Of a DNA stretch of 34,593 nucleotides, positions 1 through 8,453 are shown piece by piece; within the stretch, counting starts at the first letter, position 1; every line of letters starts with the position of its first letter. The DNA is from an uncultured Bdellovibrio sp. GTDB lineage: Bacteria; Bdellovibrionota; UBA1018; CAIMNF01. The notes beneath the pieces were generated by a model. It saw only the letters and a program-made list of their open reading frames with translations. It was not told the origin of the DNA and did not search any database. Location: assembly GCA_964654965.1 (NCBI GenBank), contig CAZZLF010000002.1, positions 1-34,593 of the forward strand, read 5' to 3'. The position numbers and the translations under genes are program-made.

Positions 1-1
1 G

Positions 2-1348
2 CCCAAGGCTTCACCGGATCAAGATCTTGGGAAGCTTTTCGAGCAAACTTTGGATTCTTTAACCGCACCTGAATCCACGGAAGTGGAAGCTGAATCAGAT
101 TCTCAACCTAAACTAGAGGTGACGGATGATTCCGATAAAATCGCTCTAGCGATGAATGTTGTTTCCAATCCGGTTCCGTTCAATCAGCCTGATATCAAAA
201 AAATGGAGAGTCCATCTACAGAAGAGGCGGCTGTTCCTGTTCAGAAAAGGTCGAATCAACAACCAGTTGTTCAGAATTCGGTAAAGAATCAGTTTGCTGA
301 TTCCAATCAGATGAGGTTCGTTCCGAATCTACAGAATTCGGTCGAATCAAAAAAATCCATAGAGTCTCAAAAGTCCATCGAAGCCAAGTCAGATATTCCG
401 AATGAAAAATTAAATCAATCGATCATTCGTCAGATGAATCAATCGTTTAATCAATCACTGCACCAGCCGCTGAATTCCTCTGCTATACCATCAAAAATGC
501 AACCGATGATGGAATGGCAAATCAAAGATGATGGTAATCTTGAGACAGAGAAGAGTGATTTTGTTGAAGTGAAGGATCTTTTTAAAGAAAATGATCTCAA
601 TCCGGTAAAAACCCCTTCATCGAAGCTATCGACAAATGACTTCCTGAGCTTGAGGGGTATTTCAAAAAATCCAACAAAAGAAATTCCAGCTGCTGTTTCT
701 GAACTTTCTGTTGGGTTGAAGGTGAATGCAAAGTCAAAAAACAGTGAGAAAAAGGAATTAAATGATCTCATGAGTTCGATGGCACCGGTTCATGCTGAGT
801 CCAAAAATGTACCTTTGAAACTGGAAGCAACGGTGATGCAAACTCCAGGACAAAAGCCTGTTTTAGCGAATGAGTCCATGGTTCAAATCGCAAATCATGT
901 GAATTTACTGGGTAAGGCAAGGCAAGATGGTGAAATAAAAATCAAACTTCGTCCAGACCATCTCGGTGAATTACAGGTGAGTGTTCGTACTGTCGGTCAG
1001 AATGTAACCGTTCAGATCAAGGCTCAAAGTGAAGAAGCTAAAAAAATGATTGAAGATTCTATCACCTCATTGCGAGAACATCTGTCCAGTCATCAACTTT
1101 CATTAACGGGTATTGATGTTGTGACCCAGCCGGCTTCAGTAATGAATGCTGATAACCCATCGCTTAACTTTGACTCTAATTCTGGATTCCAGCAATTCGG
1201 CGGACAGGGTGGAGAAAATTCCTCTCGAGATGGAAGTCATTCGCCGGAGCGGGAATATTACCAGGAACCAACATTCGTAACACCGAAGTCTTCTATGCAG
1301 AATCGAATGCGAACGAATGACTCTAACCGATTGGATATGATTGCTTAA
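2..1348 (+). CDS. fliK: Flagellar hook-length control protein FliK (5' end probably outside the window)
   Basis: The frame is open from nt 2, with no stop before the TTG at 50 used by the ORF track. The C-terminal GEIKIKLRPDHLGELQVSVRTVGQNVTVQIKAQSEEAKKMIEDSITSLREHL matches the FliK/Flg_hook C-terminal domain. The N-part is Q/N/S-rich and low-complexity, as in ruler proteins. It lies directly upstream of flgD. Confidence 0.85.
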   Translation, partial: PKASPDQDLGKLFEQTLDSLTAPESTEVEAESDSQPKLEVTDDSDKIALAMNVVSNPVPFNQPDIKKMESPSTEEAAVPVQKRSNQQPVVQNSVKNQFADSNQMRFVPNLQNSVESKKSIESQKSIEAKSDIPNEKLNQSIIRQMNQSFNQSLHQPLNSSAIPSKMQPMMEWQIKDDGNLETEKSDFVEVKDLFKENDLNPVKTPSSKLSTNDFLSLRGISKNPTKEIPAAVSELSVGLKVNAKSKNSEKKELNDLMSSMAPVHAESKNVPLKLEATVMQTPGQKPVLANESMVQIANHVNLLGKARQDGEIKIKLRPDHLGELQVSVRTVGQNVTVQIKAQSEEAKKMIEDSITSLREHLSSHQLSLTGIDVVTQPASVMNADNPSLNFDSNSGFQQFGGQGGENSSRDGSHSPEREYYQEPTFVTPKSSMQNRMRTNDSNRLDMIA

Positions 1349-1349
1349 T

Positions 1350-2318
1350 ATGGATGTGAATGGCTTACCTTTGAATCAGGATTTTAACCGTAATGAATCA
1401 GTACCCAAAGAAAAGCCTTTGGACGAGCGTTCTGCAACAGCCCTTTTTCAAGCTCGTTATGGTGAAAAACAAAAAGAAGCAAGGCAGGTCAAAAAAGCTC
1501 TCGATAAAGATGATTTCATGAGAATCATGATTACTGAGATGAAGCATCAGGATCCGACCAAGCCGATGGATGCCGATCGCATGGCAACCCAAATGGCACA
1601 GATTACCAGCGTTGAGCAGATGAAAAACGTCAGTAACTCACTCGAGAAACTTGCCGACAAGAGTAGTGCGTCCGATCGATTGGCAATGAGTATGATGATT
1701 GGTAAAACTGTTACCGTAGATAAAGGTCGTTTTTCACATCAAAAAGCGACGTTGGCACCGATCAGCTTTGATCTTCCGGAAGCAGCTGCAAAAATTAAGC
1801 TCACCGTACTGGATGAACGAGGTGAAGAAGTTGCAGTTCGTGAATTGGAAGCGATGGAAGCGGGCCCCAACACTTATAATTGGGATGGTTTAAACTCAAG
1901 CAATATGCAGGCTTCGAGTGGAACCTACTCAGTTCGTATCGATGCTGAAAATCAGCAAGGTGCAAAAATTAAAATTAACCCGATTTCAAAAGAAACCGTA
2001 GTAGGCGTGACTTTTGAAGGCGGCGAAGCGAATTTCTTGGTTGGCGATCCAAAAAACCCTCAGAAGGTTGGCTTGAAGAATATCACCCGATTGGAAGGGG
2101 ATGCTCGAGGTAAGTCTCAAGAGTCGAAATTAAATTCCCAGACTCAATCTGCATCTAGCAATAATGGGGAATTCGCCCTTCCTGAAAACGTGAAAGCAAA
2201 GCTTGGATTGAATAATCCTGAAGGTCAAGCAGCACTGGAAGCATCGAAATCACAATTGAATGCAAGTGCCGAAGATGAAGAGCCTTCAACGGGTTTTCCA
2301 AACGGTTTAAGCGAGTAA
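1350..2318 (+). CDS. flgD: Flagellar hook capping/assembly protein FlgD
   Basis: DKDDFMRIMITEMKHQDPTKPMDADRMATQMAQITSVEQM is the conserved FlgD N-terminal motif. The ATG at 1350 lies 1 nt after the fliK stop; the ORF track TTG at 1341 is an alternative start. The protein has a long S/Q/N-rich C-terminal tail. Confidence 0.92.
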   Translation: MDVNGLPLNQDFNRNESVPKEKPLDERSATALFQARYGEKQKEARQVKKALDKDDFMRIMITEMKHQDPTKPMDADRMATQMAQITSVEQMKNVSNSLEKLADKSSASDRLAMSMMIGKTVTVDKGRFSHQKATLAPISFDLPEAAAKIKLTVLDERGEEVAVRELEAMEAGPNTYNWDGLNSSNMQASSGTYSVRIDAENQQGAKIKINPISKETVVGVTFEGGEANFLVGDPKNPQKVGLKNITRLEGDARGKSQESKLNSQTQSASSNNGEFALPENVKAKLGLNNPEGQAALEASKSQLNASAEDEEPSTGFPNGLSE

Positions 2319-2349
2319 TGTAAATTTTAACTTGGAAAGGAGGTGAATC

Positions 2350-2799
2350 ATGGCAACAAATCCAGTTTTTTATCCTAATGTAAGTCGCGTGCCCGGGCAG
2401 ACAGGAAACGTCTCGGACTCCAGAAAAATTCAGGGTGAAAATTCAATCCAGAAAGGCGAGTTCGATCAATCGTTAAATCAGGCGATTGAAAAATCCAACC
2501 TTCAGGAAACAAAATTGAATCAGGCGGATCTTTCGCAGATCGGTCAGGTATTGAAGTTTTCTGCTCATGCTACCCAGCGTTTGAGAGAGCGTCAAATTAG
2601 TTTTGATCCGGAAACAATGTCTCGATTGAATGATGCAATCAGTAAAGCGGATGCGAAGGGAGTGCAAGATACTCTTGTTTTAACAGACAAGGCTGCTCTC
2701 ATCGTCAGTGTTCCAAACAGAACTGTTGTAACAGCAATGGACAAAAATAATCTGAATGGAAACGTTTTCACGAATATTGACGGTGCAGTGATTATTTAA
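2350..2799 (+). CDS. Conserved 'flagellar operon protein' of unknown function (TIGR02530-like), located between flgD and flgE
   Basis: A strong SD (AAGGAGGTGA) precedes the ATG. The flgD-X-flgE position and the motif LKFSAHATQRLRERQISFDPETMSRLNDAISKADAKG...LVLTDKAALIVSVPNRTVVTAM fit my recollection of the family. No search was run. Confidence 0.65.
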   Translation: MATNPVFYPNVSRVPGQTGNVSDSRKIQGENSIQKGEFDQSLNQAIEKSNLQETKLNQADLSQIGQVLKFSAHATQRLRERQISFDPETMSRLNDAISKADAKGVQDTLVLTDKAALIVSVPNRTVVTAMDKNNLNGNVFTNIDGAVII

Positions 2800-2821
2800 A
2801 TAAAAATTATTTAAAAAATAG

Positions 2822-2849
2822 TTGCACAACAAAGATTCTGTTTTATACT
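2822..2849 (+). promoter_or_regulatory. Sigma70-like promoter for flgE (TTGCAC-N16-TATACT), preceded by tandem ATTATTTAAA A/T tracts
   Basis: TTGCAC lies at 2822-2827 and TATACT at 2844-2849, with a 16-nt spacer. It sits in the 208-nt non-coding gap upstream of flgE. Confidence 0.45.
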
Positions 2850-2879
2850 GAAAGTGTAGTTGAATAAGAAAGCGGAAAT

Positions 2880-2896
2880 CATCACAGGATGTGATG
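2880..2896 (+). promoter_or_regulatory. Leader hairpin CAUCACA-GGA-UGUGAUG in the flgE 5' UTR (candidate CsrA-type site)
   Basis: A perfect 7-bp inverted repeat presents GGA in the loop, and GGAUGU matches the 3' half of the CsrA consensus. Two further small hairpins are AGGCU/AGCCU (2921-2944) and GGUUUC/GAAACC (2946-2973). The SD is AAGGAGG at 2996-3002. Confidence 0.3.
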
Positions 2897-3007
2897 GTGG
2901 AAGAAAAGGAAAAGGTAAAAAGGCTGGACCCAATAGGGAAGCCTCGGTTTCTGTGACTGACTGATCGGAAACCAACCAAAACAAACAAAGCTAGCAAGGA
3001 GGCTGCT

Positions 3008-4288
3008 ATGGGTATTCTTTCTTCAATGTATACAGGTTATACCGGGATTCAAGGACAAGGTGAAGCTCTGTCCGTTTATGGTGACAACATCGCCAACTCG
3101 GCTACCATTGGATTTAAAACCGCAAGACCTGAATTCAAAGATGCAGTTGCAAAATCCCTTAATGGTATGGGATCCAACACTGCCACTGGCCGCGGAACCA
3201 AGCTTGGTAATATTCGTACTGTGTTCTCTCAAGGAACGTTGACTCAAACCGAAAGTCCGACCGATTTGGCAATCACTGGTAACGGATTCTTTGTCGTTGA
3301 TGGTGTAGAAGGCCGCGGTTATACCCGTGATGGATCATTCCACTTTGATAAAGAGGGAAAGCTCGTGAATGGTGCGGGTGAAAAAGTGCTCGGCTTCCAA
3401 GCAGACGACGATGGTAAAATTACTTCTAAACTAGGATCCATCTCTATTGATCGATCTATTTTGGATGCAAAAGGAACGGGTAAGGTTGATTTGTTTGCAA
3501 ACCTGGATTCCCGCGTAGACACTGAAGTTAAGTTTGATCCGAAAAATCCTGATAAAACGGCTCACTTTGCAACTGGTGTAACCGTATATGACACCAATGG
3601 TGCTGCTCGTGCAGTAACAGTTTACTTCAACAAGGTTGATGAGCATAACTGGGAATACCGTGCGATGGCTAAAGGTGAGGACGTCGAAGGTGGCAAGGCC
3701 GGAGAAATGGTTCAACAGGCTTCGGGTAAGCTTCGCTTCAGTGATGAAGGAAGATTGGAATCTCAAAGCTGTGATTCAGCTTTCAGTTTCAACAAAGGTT
3801 CAAAAGCAGATCAGAAAATTGAGTTTGACTTTGGTAAAGACCTCAAAAGTGGTGGAGATGGACTTCAAATGACCCAATATGGTTCCAACTCTGAAGCCTA
3901 TAAGACGATTCAGAATGGATACACTTCTGGTAGCGTTGGTTCCCTCAAATTTGAAGATGATGGACGATTGGTTGCTGTTTACACCAATGGTGAAACCGTT
4001 TCCGTTGGTCAGATTGCAATCGCTAAATTTGAATCTCCGGAAGATCTTCTGAAAGCCGGTGGAAACAAATTCAAGGAAACGCGTAACTCCGGTCAGCCGA
4101 CCATTGGTACTCCATTGAGCGGCGGAAGAGGACAAGTTTCTTCTAAGACTCTCGAAGCTTCAACTACGGATATCGCGAGTGAGTTCATCAACTTGATGAC
4201 CGCCCAGCGTAACTTCCAGGCGAACAGCAAAGTCATCAGTACTGGTGACGAGCTTCTCGGTGAAGTGATCAATCTCAAGAGAACTTAA
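3008..4288 (+). CDS. flgE: Flagellar hook protein FlgE
   Basis: The N-terminus MGILSSMYTGYTGIQGQGEALSVYGDNIANSATIGFK and the C-terminus DIASEFINLMTAQRNFQANSKVISTGDELLGEVINL are the conserved flagellar rod/hook terminal domains. The length is 426 aa. SD AAGGAGG is present. Confidence 0.96.
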   Translation: MGILSSMYTGYTGIQGQGEALSVYGDNIANSATIGFKTARPEFKDAVAKSLNGMGSNTATGRGTKLGNIRTVFSQGTLTQTESPTDLAITGNGFFVVDGVEGRGYTRDGSFHFDKEGKLVNGAGEKVLGFQADDDGKITSKLGSISIDRSILDAKGTGKVDLFANLDSRVDTEVKFDPKNPDKTAHFATGVTVYDTNGAARAVTVYFNKVDEHNWEYRAMAKGEDVEGGKAGEMVQQASGKLRFSDEGRLESQSCDSAFSFNKGSKADQKIEFDFGKDLKSGGDGLQMTQYGSNSEAYKTIQNGYTSGSVGSLKFEDDGRLVAVYTNGETVSVGQIAIAKFESPEDLLKAGGNKFKETRNSGQPTIGTPLSGGRGQVSSKTLEASTTDIASEFINLMTAQRNFQANSKVISTGDELLGEVINLKRT

Positions 4289-4328
4289 TGATCAGTTCAG
4301 TCCAGCTTAAGGACTAAATAGCAGTCAC

Positions 4329-4387
4329 GGGGACCCGGCGTCAAAAATCAGTCAGGCAGTACTGATGTCGGGTCTCCCTCCTTTATT
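4329..4387 (+). terminator. Long hairpin plus U-rich tail immediately after flgE (intrinsic terminator or transcript-stabilising element)
   Basis: GGGGACCCGGC (4329-4339) pairs with GUCGGGUCUCCC (4367-4378), with one bulged U. An inner stem is AUCAGU (4347-4352)/ACUGAU (4361-4366). The hairpin is followed by UCCUUUAUU. Confidence 0.5.
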
Positions 4388-4475
4388 AAATATTATTTAA
4401 AAATGGTATTTTGACACCTTGTGGTTTTCACCCAGTCCGTGCAAAAATAGGAACAAGGCAGGACGCCTGAAAGTT

Positions 4476-5078
4476 ATGGCCAAGGAAGAAGAAAAAAAAG
4501 AAGCTGCTCCGGCAGCAGATGCTCCAACCGGAAGTAGCGGAAACAAATTGGGAACAACCCTCTCGGTTTTGAATTTGTTCCTGACTTTGGCAATTGGAGC
4601 AGTCGTTTTCGTTCAGTTCAAAAAAGATAAAAATAATGAACAAGTTGCCGATTTATCAACACATGAGCCAGCTGCTGTAACTGAATCAGCGGGAAGTGCG
4701 CATGAATCGGGTGGCCACGGTGGAGAATCCAGCGAAAGTGGCGATAAGAATAAGGCAAAAACAGAAAAGCAAACTGTCGTATCACTCGATCAATTTACGG
4801 TGAATCTGTCCACGGCCGTGGGAGCTCCTCCCAAATTTGCCCGTGTGGTGATTGCAGTTGAAGTTGTCAACGAAGAGACTTCTCGTGAGTTAAACATGAA
4901 AATGCCTCAGGTTCGAAATTCAATTATTGATTTATTCAACAGTAAGCGACCTGCCGATCTTCAGACCGGTGAGGGGCGTAACTATTTGAAGGAAGAAATC
5001 CGCAACGCCTTGAACAGTTTTTTGGTTACAGGCAAAATCAAGGGCATTTTCTTCAGTAATTTTTCAGTCAGCAGCTGA
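4476..5078 (+). CDS. fliL: Flagellar basal-body-associated protein FliL
   Basis: The layout is MAKEEEKK..., one TM (LSVLNLFLTLAIGAVVFVQF), then VSLDQFTVNLS...ARVVIAVEVVNEETSRELNMKMPQVRNSIIDLFNSKRPADL, which is typical FliL. The ATG at 4476 is preferred over the upstream start at 4419 used by the ORF track. Confidence 0.85.
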   Translation: MAKEEEKKEAAPAADAPTGSSGNKLGTTLSVLNLFLTLAIGAVVFVQFKKDKNNEQVADLSTHEPAAVTESAGSAHESGGHGGESSESGDKNKAKTEKQTVVSLDQFTVNLSTAVGAPPKFARVVIAVEVVNEETSRELNMKMPQVRNSIIDLFNSKRPADLQTGEGRNYLKEEIRNALNSFLVTGKIKGIFFSNFSVSS

Positions 5079-5099
5079 TCAAGAAAGGAGTAGCAGGCG

Positions 5100-6080
5100 A
5101 TGAATCAGGTACTTAGTCAAGCAGAAGTCGATGCGCTCCTCAAGGCTGTTGCAGAGGGTTCGATTGACGGTGATTCTAATAATCCCAAACATACGGAATT
5201 TAGAAACGTTCAGAATTTTGATCTGACCAACCAGGACCGAGTAATTCGTGGAAAAATGCCAACGCTCGACCTGATTTATGAGCGCTTTGTGCGACTGTTT
5301 CGAATGTCGCTTTCTAACTCACTCAGAAAAATTGCCTCTATTTCGATTATTTCTACCGATCTTTTGAAGTTCGGTGAATTTGTGAACACACTTCCGATCC
5401 CAAGTTGTGTGGGAATTTTACGTTCTGAAACCCTGCGCGGTAATGCTTTGTTGGTATTCGAATCCAAGCTTGCGTACGCACTGATCGACAGTTATTTCGG
5501 CGGTACAGATCGTCCCTATACAAAATCTGAAGGAAAAGAATTCACTCGAATCGAATTGATGATCATGAACAAGGTCCTGCAACTGGGGGTCTCTGACCTT
5601 GAAGAGGCATGGGCACCAGTTCACAAGATCGGCCTGATGCACCTTCGTACTGAAACCAACCCTCAATTTGTCGGTGTGGTTCCTCTTTCGGATGTCATCA
5701 TTTCCACTACATTTGAAGTTGAATTGGAAAACGCAAGCGGAACAATTTCGCTCGTCATTCCTTATTCCACGATAGAGCCGATTAAAAACAAATTAAACTC
5801 AACGTTCCAGTCTGATTCGGATCGGACGGATAAGATTTGGATTCAAAATCTTGAAACCCATATCGAACAAGTTGAAGCCAATGTTTCAGTTAATCTGGGA
5901 GAAACTTCCATTACCGTCGCGGATCTCGTAAACCTGAATATCGGGGATATCATTCCATTGAATCAGGATTGTGACGGGGAATTAATGATGAAAGTGGAAG
6001 GGGTTCCGAAATTCAAGTGTTTCTTCGGAGTTTCCAGAGGAATGCGTGCGGTTCAAGTCACACGCTCAACGGAAGAGTGA
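5100..6080 (+). CDS. fliM: Flagellar motor switch protein FliM
   Basis: The N-terminal LSQAEVDALL matches the CheY-P binding motif. The rest is a FliM middle domain and a C-terminal SpoA-like domain. SD AAAGGAG is present. Confidence 0.95.
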   Translation: MNQVLSQAEVDALLKAVAEGSIDGDSNNPKHTEFRNVQNFDLTNQDRVIRGKMPTLDLIYERFVRLFRMSLSNSLRKIASISIISTDLLKFGEFVNTLPIPSCVGILRSETLRGNALLVFESKLAYALIDSYFGGTDRPYTKSEGKEFTRIELMIMNKVLQLGVSDLEEAWAPVHKIGLMHLRTETNPQFVGVVPLSDVIISTTFEVELENASGTISLVIPYSTIEPIKNKLNSTFQSDSDRTDKIWIQNLETHIEQVEANVSVNLGETSITVADLVNLNIGDIIPLNQDCDGELMMKVEGVPKFKCFFGVSRGMRAVQVTRSTEE

Positions 6081-6095
6081 AAAGGGAGAATTGAA

Positions 6096-6419
6096 ATGAG
6101 TACACCAAATTTTGGAAAAATCGAAGGCGGAGCTGGAAAAGTTGAAAATCAAGAGGGAGTCCATTCTTTAGATTTTATTCTTGATATTCCACTCAAGGTG
6201 ACCGTAGAGCTTGGACGTACCCGGATGTCGGTCAGAGACATTCTTCAACTTGCTCAGGGATCAGTCGTGGAACTTTCCAAGTTTGCTGGTGAGCCACTGG
6301 AAGTTCTCGTCAATGACCGTTTGGTTGCCCGAGGTGAAGTGGTTACTGTCAACGAGAAATTTGGAATCCGTCTGACAGATATTCTTTCTCCGATGGAGCG
6401 TATTGAGCAGCTTAAGTAG
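6096..6419 (+). CDS. fliN: Flagellar motor switch protein FliN
   Basis: The 107-aa protein has an SpoA/FliN domain: LDFILDIPLKVTVELGRTRMSVRDILQLAQGSVVELSKFAGEPLEVLVNDRLVARGEVV. Confidence 0.93.
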   Translation: MSTPNFGKIEGGAGKVENQEGVHSLDFILDIPLKVTVELGRTRMSVRDILQLAQGSVVELSKFAGEPLEVLVNDRLVARGEVVTVNEKFGIRLTDILSPMERIEQLK

Positions 6420-6464
6420 TTTCAGTTTTTAAATTCCATTCATGGATGAAGGGAATAGGGGATA

Positions 6465-7655
6465 ATGGTAAATATTTGGTTCGCAGGATGCGCATTGTTG
6501 ACATCACTCTTGGTAAATCAAAATGGATTTGCGGCTTCGATCACTGTACGTGAGATCAAGCTTCAGGACCAAGGCACAGAGATCCTTCTTGACAGTACGA
6601 TTGAAAAAAATTCAGTTGAAGTTGATTATGTCCGGGACATTGTTCAATTTTCAATTGCCAGGGCGACCATTTATCCCGCAAAAATGATGCATGCTGAGAA
6701 GGCACCATTTTCAAAAGTTTTTGCTTATCAGTACTCTCCCAATCTAGTGCGAATTCGATTCAGTGTGGATTCGAATGCAGAGAGATTTAAAAACAAGATC
6801 AAATGGAATATCGACGGTAAGAGAATCAATATCCAATTTCCGGAACTTAAAAATGTTCCGGGAGCTACGGAAGATGCTTCATTGCTGGAGAAAATCACCT
6901 CTGCAATGGAAGATTCAAAACCAACCAAAGCGAATGTAGCCGAAAAAACGGAAACAGCGACCGAAAAGGCACCTGTTAGCCTTACCGGAAATCCAAAAAA
7001 ATCAACCAAGTTAGGTGGAGCCAAACCAGGCCCATCCACGATCCGCTCCATGCTGGCGATGTTGTTAGTGGTGGGTGGTCTTGGAATGATTCTGGTTTAT
7101 GTCAAACGCAGAAACACCATTGGTGGTCAGGCTAAGAAAGTAAATGGTCCATCCTGGTTCTCAGGTATTTTCAATCAAAAATCAGCAGCAAAACCATTGA
7201 TGGAAGTTGTCGCTACCCATGTACTCGGTCCAAAACAAAGTATTGTTGTGATGAAAATCAAAGGACAACAATTTGTACTTGCGGTAACCGCCGAGCAAAT
7301 TCAGATGATCACCCAGCTCGATGCAGATGAGCAGGAACTGGATCTTTTGGAAGATCCAAAAGTGGCTGCCTCTTTGGGAAAAATGTTTGGCGTGAATCAA
7401 GAAGCCAATATTTCAAAAACAAAGTCACCGCAAATCGAAAGTACTGAACTATCTGAGCCATCGATTCAACCAGCTTCTAGTTTTGATTCCCTCTTGAAAA
7501 AAAGTACAGGTGCGGGAGCGATGATCGCGAGAAATGCTTATGCATCGCAAACTCAGCCGGATTTTGAAGCCTTGCCACGGGCCTCTATGCCAGCGGTTTC
7601 TTCCAAAGGTGGAACCATTGATCAAATCAGAAAAAAGCTGGGGAGCTTAACATGA
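6465..7655 (+). CDS. fliO: FliO-like flagellar export protein with a long N-terminal secreted domain (396 aa)
   Basis: It occupies the fliO slot between fliN and fliP and overlaps the fliP start in an ATGA. A TM ([21 protein letters not shown]) is followed by [40 protein letters not shown], the FliO/FliZ core pattern. The N-terminus has a signal peptide and a ~170-aa beta-rich domain. Confidence 0.6.
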   Translation: MVNIWFAGCALLTSLLVNQNGFAASITVREIKLQDQGTEILLDSTIEKNSVEVDYVRDIVQFSIARATIYPAKMMHAEKAPFSKVFAYQYSPNLVRIRFSVDSNAERFKNKIKWNIDGKRINIQFPELKNVPGATEDASLLEKITSAMEDSKPTKANVAEKTETATEKAPVSLTGNPKKSTKLGGAKPGPSTIRSMLAMLLVVGGLGMILVYVKRRNTIGGQAKKVNGPSWFSGIFNQKSAAKPLMEVVATHVLGPKQSIVVMKIKGQQFVLAVTAEQIQMITQLDADEQELDLLEDPKVAASLGKMFGVNQEANISKTKSPQIESTELSEPSIQPASSFDSLLKKSTGAGAMIARNAYASQTQPDFEALPRASMPAVSSKGGTIDQIRKKLGSLT

Positions 7656-8440
7656 AGAAGTTTCTTGCGTTGACCGCGGTATTATTCGGTCTTGCAGGTA
7701 GCCCCGTTCATGCTGCGAGCAACAGCCTTGGAGTGTCTTCTGGTGATTTTTCATTACCTAGTATTTCCGTGAATATGGGAGGCGGAGCCGAAGTCAACGG
7801 TGCTAAGCCAACCGAAATGGTGAATGTCCTGAAGATTGTTTTGCTTTTGACCGTCTTGACCCTGGCTCCTGCAATTCTCGTGATGATGACTTCATTCACG
7901 CGAATCGTGATCGTCCTTTCATTTTTGAGGCAGTCACTGGGCGCTCAGCAGATGCCGCCGAATCAGGTCATCGTCGGTCTTTCACTCTTTTTATCTCTAT
8001 TTGTCATGACACCCACCTGGAACAAGATTCAGGAAACGGCATTGAACCCGTATCTGGAAGAAAAAATTGATCAAAAGACTGCATTTGCGAATGCAGAAGC
8101 GCCAATGCGGGAATTCATGTTCGGGCAAACACGAGAAAAAGATCTGGAATTGTTTCTTGGACTGTCCAAGACGGAAAAACCCAATACCCGTGAAGAAGTA
8201 CCTACCAGTGTCCTGATACCTTCCTTCATTGTGAGTGAATTGAATACAGCATTCCAAATGGGGTTCATGCTTTATCTTCCGTTTTTGGTAATCGACATGG
8301 TGGTTTCAAGCATTCTCATGGCTATGGGGATGATGATGCTTCCTCCGATGACCATCGCCTTGCCATTCAAGCTTCTTTTGTTTGTCTTGGTCGATGGGTG
8401 GGGATTGGTCGTTGGAAGTCTGGTAAAAAGTTTTGGTTAA
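7652..8440 (+). CDS. fliP: Flagellar export gate protein FliP
   Basis: A signal peptide is followed by [43 protein letters not shown], the conserved FliP core. Confidence 0.95.
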   Translation: MKKFLALTAVLFGLAGSPVHAASNSLGVSSGDFSLPSISVNMGGGAEVNGAKPTEMVNVLKIVLLLTVLTLAPAILVMMTSFTRIVIVLSFLRQSLGAQQMPPNQVIVGLSLFLSLFVMTPTWNKIQETALNPYLEEKIDQKTAFANAEAPMREFMFGQTREKDLELFLGLSKTEKPNTREEVPTSVLIPSFIVSELNTAFQMGFMLYLPFLVIDMVVSSILMAMGMMMLPPMTIALPFKLLLFVLVDGWGLVVGSLVKSFG

Positions 8441-8453
8441 TAGGGGGTGAGTG

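Noticed and set aside
4404-4440. Possible sigma54 (-24 GG / -12 GC) promoter upstream of fliL (TGGTATTTTGACAC, TGGTTTTCACCC)
   Set aside because: The GG-N10-GC spacing is not satisfied in either register, and there is no TTGC element.
4419-4475. Upstream extended starts offered by the ORF track: fliL 4419, fliR 8654, gspK 22742, gspG 25147, flp 15935, ACAD 31920
   Set aside because: In each case a downstream in-frame ATG has a proper SD and yields a canonical N-terminus, such as a prepilin leader, a TM start or a coupled stop/start. The upstream extensions overlap the preceding gene or a regulatory palindrome.
6437-6455. UUCAUGGAUGAA element upstream of fliO as a third CsrA-like site
   Set aside because: The palindrome TTCAT-GG-ATGAA would leave a 2-nt loop, which is not foldable. 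The match to ACARGGAUGU is also poorer. It is not counted.
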